Shown here piece after piece: positions 34,586 to 64,000 of a stretch of 64,000 bases of DNA (within the stretch, counting starts at the first letter, position 1; each line of letters begins with the position of its first letter). This DNA is from Macrostomum lignano (taxonomy: Eukaryota). The translations under genes were made by a program, and so were the position numbers. The DNA is taken from contig NIVC01002330.1 of NCBI GenBank assembly GCA_002269645.1, positions 50,051-114,050 on the forward strand. The letters run 5' to 3'. A model generated the notes under the pieces. The model was not told the DNA's origin. It saw only the letters and a program-made list of their open reading frames with translations, and made no database searches.

Positions 34586-36566
34586 TTAGTCCTTTAATTT
34601 ATTTTTTTTTTTAATAAAAGCTTTTAATAAAAAAATTTACTACTAAGATTCGAACCCAGGTCGCTGCATTAGCAGTCCAGTCTGTTAACTTCTAGGCTAG
34701 ATCTTATCGAATTTATAAGTGAAATTGTAGCACTTATATAATTCAACACTCACTCACGAAGCAGTTATGACATAATCAATTTCCCAGGCAAGTCAGTATC
34801 AGTCTCAATTAAAGTTGACAATATGGTTACACAATCTAAATCAAGTCTGGTGCTACGCTTCCACACTGCATTTTCAATACTGTGACGCAATTCAAGTTGG
34901 AGTTACAATTCAGTTATGATGCAATCTATTTCAGTATCAGAATCAACCAGTCAATTTTTTCTCTAGCATTCTTACAATGCATTTCAAGTTGAAAAGTTTG
35001 CTTGACCTTTGCAAAGAGCATGTTTTTCGAATATTTAATGCCTTTAGCATCGAGCAATTTCTTAGCCACGATGCATGTACCGTCACGGGAAAATTTCTGA
35101 TCGAACAGTGCAAGTCTCATGAAAATCGGTTAAGCCATTTTTTCTCTAATCGATCACATAGATAGATAGATAGATAGATAGATAGACACAGACAGACCAT
35201 TTTTAGTATATAGGATTTTGCCTAATACGCTCCAAAATTTCTATGTACAGCATGCAAATGCGTACTAACCCGAACATTTTTCATATATTATATATGTTAT
35301 GTCAAGTTTTATGTCAAGAGTTATGTCAATAAAAATTATGTCAAGTAATACTCAGGGTTTTAATCAGCACTTATTGGCATTGCTATGGATCAGATTGATT
35401 TTTATCGATTAGTATAGATTGCGTATGCTATAATATCGATGCAATATACATGTAAACAAGTGCGCAAATTCGAGAGCGCTCAGCAGCTAAGTCCCGTGTT
35501 CGCTCGCCAAGTTGACCAAACGACTTTGAGCTGGCGGTCTGTGTTCCTCTTGCTAAGGCGACGACTTAACTGTGGGACAAAGTAAAAGCGGCACCATTCA
35601 GTTCTGGGTGCCGAACAAATAGCGAGCCCGGCTTTGGTGATCATATACAGTATGACCATGTAAAGGATTCAGCCGAGATGAGCCATATTGACTCAAGCAA
35701 CCAAGCAACGGCACATTTCCAGGAGGCGTGCAGTGGAGGTTTGGGTCTGGGCGCTCTGTGATCGATCCCAGTCTATGGTATTGCAAAAAACCCCAAAAAG
35801 CTAATTTTAACTGTCAGATGGTCGAATTATTCCTTTTCGCTTTTCAGTCAGCTTTTTCGATCTTCTATTAGGCACCATGCACAGCTTGAGCCACCGGCGT
35901 CGTGTGCGAGTTTGTGGGTGGGTGAATAGTCGAGTAATTAAAGGTCAAAGTTGATCTCAGACCTGGAAGCAGAGGGGCAACGAGTTGGCCAATCGCCTAC
36001 GGCCAAGGCCAGTCTTTTCTGGTTCCTTACCCGTGCCCCCACCCCACCGCCGTTGTCACGACTTGGATCATAGAATTCATAAAGTTTCTTTGTCAAGCAA
36101 GCACCAACACGCTCAGCACTTGACCTAATCTTCATAGTTCACATCCCTAAACTAAAATGTTTTATGATTCTTTATTGAGTGAAGGCACGAAAATACTCAC
36201 AGAAGAAGCAATCGCATTCACGAAAGACTTTAATGCGAAATTGAAGGTATATGAATTGAGATTGAATTGGATGCCAGTCTTTCAAACGACAGTTTAATAA
36301 AGCAATTGACAAAGTTGACGCGCCACTTTCAAAACGTCAGACTTAATACTACGAGCGTACCACTGTCAAGCGAGTCATTATTGCCTAAAGGAAACTTTTT
36401 TTCTTTTTTTAACGGAGATTATATATCAATAGAACATAAAGTTGTTACAAATATGAAATTACGACAGTAAACGAGACTTAACAAACTAACTAACGAATAA
36501 ATCGATCGAATTGCAAAATCGAAAGGTACGACTTCAATAATGCCATTTTTATAAGAAAAAATCACT

Positions 36567-38558
36567 TTAAATTGTTAGACTTGTCCCCGATTCCGCAGAC
36601 TGGTCAGTTGGAGTTGTTCCCGATTCAGCAGACTGGTCAGCTGGAGTTGTTCCCGATTCAGCAGACTGGTCAGCTGGAGTTGTTCCCGATTCAGCAGACT
36701 GGTCAGCTGGAGTTGTTCCCGATTCCGGTGACTGGTCAGCTGGAGTTGACACCGATTCAGCAGACTGGTCAGCTGGAGTTGTTGCTGATTCAGCAGACTG
36801 GTCAGCTGGAGTTGACACCGATTCAGCTGACTGGTCAGCTGGAGTTGTCACCGATTCAGCTGACTGGTCAGCTGGAGTTGTCACCGATTCAGCAGACTGG
36901 TCAGCTGGAGTTGTCACCGATTCAGCTGACTGGTCAGCTGGAGTTGTCACCGATTCATCTGACTGGTCAGCTGGAGTTGTTCCCGATTCAGCAGACTGGT
37001 CAGCTGGAGTTGTTCCCGATTCGGCTGACTGGTCAGCTGGAGTTGACACCGATTCAGCTGACTGGTCAGCTGGAGTTGTCACCGATTCAGCAGACTGGTC
37101 AGCTGGAGTTGTCACCGATTCAGCAGACTGGTCAGCTGGAGTTGTCACTGATTCAGCTGACTGGTCAGCTGGAGTTGTCACCGATTCATCTGACTGGTCA
37201 GCTGGAGTTGTTCCCGATTCAGCAGACTGGTCAGCTGGAGTTGTTCCCGATTCAGCAGACTGGTCAGCTGGAGTTGTTCCCGATTCAGCAGACTGGTCAG
37301 CTGGAGTTGTTCCCGATTCCGGTGACTGGTCAGCTGGAGTTGACACCGATTCAGCAGACTGGTCAGCTGGAGTTGTTGCTGATTCAGCAGACTGGTCAGC
37401 TGGAGTTGTCCCCGATTCCGCAGACTGGTCAGCTGGAGTTGACACCGATTCGGCTGACTGGTCAGCTGGAGTTGACACCGATTCAGCTGACTGGTCAGCT
37501 GGAGTTGTCACCGATTCAGCTGACTGGTCAGCTGGAGTTGTCACCGATTCAGCTGACTGGTCAGCTGGAGTTGTCACCGATTCAGCTGACTGGTCAGCTG
37601 GAGTTGTCACCGATTCATCTGACTGGTCAGCTGGAGTTGTCACCGATTCAGCAGACTGGTCAGCTGGAGTTGTCACCGATTCAGCTGACTGGTCAGCTGG
37701 AGTTGTCACCGATTCAGCAGACTGGTCAGCTGGAGTTGTCACCGATTCAGCTGACTGGTCAGCTGGAGTTGTCACCGATTCGGCTGACTGGTCAGCTGGA
37801 GTTGTCACTGATTCCGGTGACTGGTCAACTGGAGTTGTTGCCGATTCAGCTTGTTGGTCCTTTTGAGCGGCCATCGATACAAAATCGGATATTTCAGCAG
37901 AAATTGTTGTCTCAGTGGTCGTTGTCTGGCTGCCTTCGGTTGGAGGCGCTTCTGTCTGTTGGTAGTTTAACATCCCTGAAGAAGTCACTCCGTAAAAAAC
38001 TGTTGATATATCTTCAGCTTCGTTTGCACCATCGGGAGAGGATGTTTTCGTAACTGTTGTCGAATCCTGGTCGCTAGTAGCGGCAGCGAAAATCTCAACG
38101 CACTGGCCTGTAGGACAGCCGCTGACCGAGTCAATCCAGGTTTCCAATTGCTCGCCAGGTGCGCAGGTCTCCAAGCTGGGACAGGAAGGGCCACTGGCGT
38201 CGCCGCCTGTACAGTTGAGCTTCGGGCAGCCGCTCGGATCTGTCCAGCGTACAGCTGGATCAGTCGCTTGCCAGCCGTAGCAGTTGGACGTCAGCACGGC
38301 TGGCGGGCATCTAGACAGTGAGAGATCGATCGAATCGAGGCTAGACGGGTCGGCTGGCAGCAGGCACAGTCGGAACGGACAACCGGGAGCGTCCGGGTCA
38401 GACAACCAGAGCGCTCGCATGCCGGCCGAGCAAGCTATCAAGGATGGGCAGCGCCGAGGCTCCTGCTGCTCTCCAGTTCTTAGCGACAAAGGAGCTGCAT
38501 TACTAACCGTGAGCACAAGAGCAATAATGATAGCTGGTAGTACTATTACGGTGGGCAT
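36567..38558 (-). CDS. Putative secreted mucin-like protein (663 aa): signal peptide, three Cys-rich repeats and about 38 x TTPADQSAES[VGA] repeats
   Basis: ATG followed by a hydrophobic leader (MPTVIVLPAIIIALVLTVSNA). Three CP-x-C...W-x-D-x-x-GCP-x-x-x-C-like units, a Thr/Ser-rich linker and a 33-bp in-frame repeat without indels. No transmembrane segment seen. Confidence 0.75.
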   Translation of the reverse strand: MPTVIVLPAIIIALVLTVSNAAPLSLRTGEQQEPRRCPSLIACSAGMRALWLSDPDAPGCPFRLCLLPADPSSLDSIDLSLSRCPPAVLTSNCYGWQATDPAVRWTDPSGCPKLNCTGGDASGPSCPSLETCAPGEQLETWIDSVSGCPTGQCVEIFAAATSDQDSTTVTKTSSPDGANEAEDISTVFYGVTSSGMLNYQQTEAPPTEGSQTTTTETTISAEISDFVSMAAQKDQQAESATTPVDQSPESVTTPADQSAESVTTPADQSAESVTTPADQSAESVTTPADQSAESVTTPADQSAESVTTPADQSDESVTTPADQSAESVTTPADQSAESVTTPADQSAESVTTPADQSAESVSTPADQSAESVSTPADQSAESGTTPADQSAESATTPADQSAESVSTPADQSPESGTTPADQSAESGTTPADQSAESGTTPADQSAESGTTPADQSDESVTTPADQSAESVTTPADQSAESVTTPADQSAESVTTPADQSAESVSTPADQSAESGTTPADQSAESGTTPADQSDESVTTPADQSAESVTTPADQSAESVTTPADQSAESVTTPADQSAESVSTPADQSAESATTPADQSAESVSTPADQSPESGTTPADQSAESGTTPADQSAESGTTPADQSAESGTTPTDQSAESGTSLTI

Positions 38559-39866
38559 TGTTAATCAAGTAATATGGAACAGAGTAAGAGGGTGCTTATT
38601 TTTTATTAATACATGTCTGACTGAGTTCTGTCTATTATTTAAATGGAACTATAGGCACACTTGAAGTACATGTATATGAGTTATTTTAAACATATTTGAT
38701 TGGGCAAAGGATTAGCCAGGCAGATAGACATGTCGGCAAAAGCCTTTTTGTCATAAAAGACCTCTCCTAATTAGGCTCTGGTACAGTGAGGAAGGAGCTA
38801 TAGCTGCTGCACGTTCGAAGGTGTACATCCAATTGAAACACCAAATGAAGTCGACAGCCAATCAGATGAGGTGGTCTTTAGGGGGAGGGTGTTGGGGGCA
38901 TGGAGTGAGGAGGTTGGCTGCATGGGGAGGGGTTTTATGGCAGAGTGTGAGGTTGGCTGCATGGGGTGGGGTTGTGTGGGCAGAGAATAAGGTTGGTTGT
39001 GTAAGCATGATAAAAACGTTCTGTCAGCTGGTTCTGTCAGCTGTTATATAGGCCCATCAGCTCTGCAGCGCCAGCAAAGCAATAGTAGACTATTTTGTAT
39101 ATCGTGGCATATTATAATAACCGATTGCAAGTTAAGTGTATAAACAGATTAGTGAAAAGAGACGATCTAAGTATTCTCAAAGTTTTTAAACGTTTTTAAT
39201 TCAAATCTGCGTAAAACGTTGTACTGCTATACTTTTGTAAGCAATATAGTACTATATGAGTAGCATATCTTGCCAAATTTATTTATTAATGTACAAAATC
39301 AGTTCGAAAATGAGGCAAGCGACAATAACATAGAAAAACTTATTGCTATTTATAAAAGAAAGAGTAAAATCGAGGTGACCAGAGACAACTGTGAGTGTTG
39401 CGATTAAAAACTTCCTTTTAGGTCTCCGCCCTTTCCAATTTGAGCACTTGGGGTTTCAGAAAACAGAACGTCGGGGACAACCCAAACTTGCGAGCTTGAA
39501 GAGCTGCAGAAGTCAAAATAATAATAATCATTCCAGCTATTGCAAGTAGTTTCGTGAGAACATTGAATTTATAATAACAACAGGTGCGCTTGAATTTAAT
39601 TAGGGATTGCAACAGCACCGTAAATTACAAATAATTTCTATCATTATATTCAAGTTGTAAGCCTTCCTGTGCATTTATGTATGTAGATAAGCAATGTTGT
39701 ACAAAAATCAAGTTAAAAATCTTTGTAGCCTACTTTAATTGGAAAGTCGGAAAATCATCCGACTTATTTTTGGGGTAAAAATAGTGACAGTTGATAGAAA
39801 AATGGAGACACCGACATGTTGTCGATAATGGATGGGCGTTTGGGCATCGTGGTTGATTCGAAGGCC

Positions 39867-63306
<23,440 letters not shown>

Positions 63307-64000
63307 CTACAAAGCAATAAAATTTTATTTTGCTTTGTTCTTACTTTTCAAAAAAAATTTGCTTGAAAATTTTTACTTTTCTACTGTTAGTAGGTGAAAA
63401 GGATATAGTTGGAAATTTAAAAAAAACAATTTAATTTTTATAGGAAGTTCATTCACTGGATAAGAATTTCCAATTTGAAGAAGCTTTTTTGAAGTTGCTT
63501 TTTGAAACTACTGGACATTGTCAAACGATCTAAACTCAATTTCTGCCTGCTTTTTATTAATTGTTTCCTTCTTCTTCTAAAGCAATCCCGGCCTTCAATC
63601 CGGTCTCTCTGTTCGGCAAGAAATGCGACACCAAATGATGAAGCCCAGACAATTGCGTAAAAATTTGAAACAGCGGTTGACACTAGAGAGTTGCAGGGCA
63701 AGGCGCAATCCTGACCAGCTGATGGTAACCTGAGACTCAACTGCTTGGCAATCGATGATTGCCACCTCAATTTGGTCTCTCAAGTCTCAAGTCCTATGTG
63801 TAGCGACGTTAGCAACAGTTCTGGGGGCAGCAATAATTGAAGGTGCCTCAAATTTTCATGTTTATATGAATTGCCCCGGCGACTGCCTGCTGTCTTCTTG
63901 AGCCACACCGACTCAAAGAGTTTTTTGTCGACAAACAATCAGCAGCATGTGCTAGTCTGAATTTTTTTCAGGCTGATAGCAAATTCAAGTTTACAACGCG

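Larger units (their letters stand above)
30757..35215 (-). mobile_element. Non-autonomous Helitron, copy 2 (same family as 7933-13520)
   Basis: Minus strand starts A|TCCTATATACTAAAAATG (35215) and ends CTCCCCAACGGGGGGCGTAGATTGCTAG|T (30757). The empty site reads GTGGA|TTTTG. The 5' ~600 bp align with 7933-8500, including AAAAAATGGCT[CT]AACCGATTTT and a tRNA-like GGTTCGAATC box. Confidence 0.85.

Noticed and set aside
36572-38053. 493-aa plus-strand ORF (QQTGQLELSPI repeats)
   Set aside because: Antisense shadow of the mucin-like repeat; TTG start, and no signal peptide or unique domain. The minus strand has ATG, a signal peptide and a Cys domain.

Overview
Eukaryotic (metazoan) genomic DNA with GC-rich exons separated by minisatellite-filled introns and spacers. 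The style suggests a free-living flatworm such as Macrostomum, but that is inference only. Left to right: (1) the decayed 3' end of a LOA/R1-superfamily non-LTR retrotransposon (RT tail, RNase H, CCHC knuckle); (2) EDC3 (4 coding exons, +); (3) a 5.6-kb non-autonomous Helitron inserted exactly at an A|T inside a 21-bp satellite, carrying three different minisatellites and an inverted copy of its own 3' terminus; (4) intronless MED9 and GEMIN6 ORFs that overlap by 8-17 nt (+), with a weak first AUG and no other AUG for about 300 nt, which points to a bicistronic mRNA; (5) a compact AF4/FMR2 (AFF/lilli-like) gene (-); (6) a second, reverse-strand copy of the Helitron family; (7) a secreted Cys-rich/mucin-like protein with about 38 eleven-residue repeats (-); (8) an echinoid-like Ig/FN3 adhesion receptor (-) with 10 exons traced over 23 kb, ending in KKRIVYEVVV*. 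Most long ORFs in the supplied track are artefacts of tandem repeats. The strongest leads are the MED9/GEMIN6 stop-start overlap, the satellite-carrying double-ended Helitron, and tandem arrays built from splice-acceptor-like or Pol III B-box motifs. All coordinates were read by hand; repeat boundaries are approximate.
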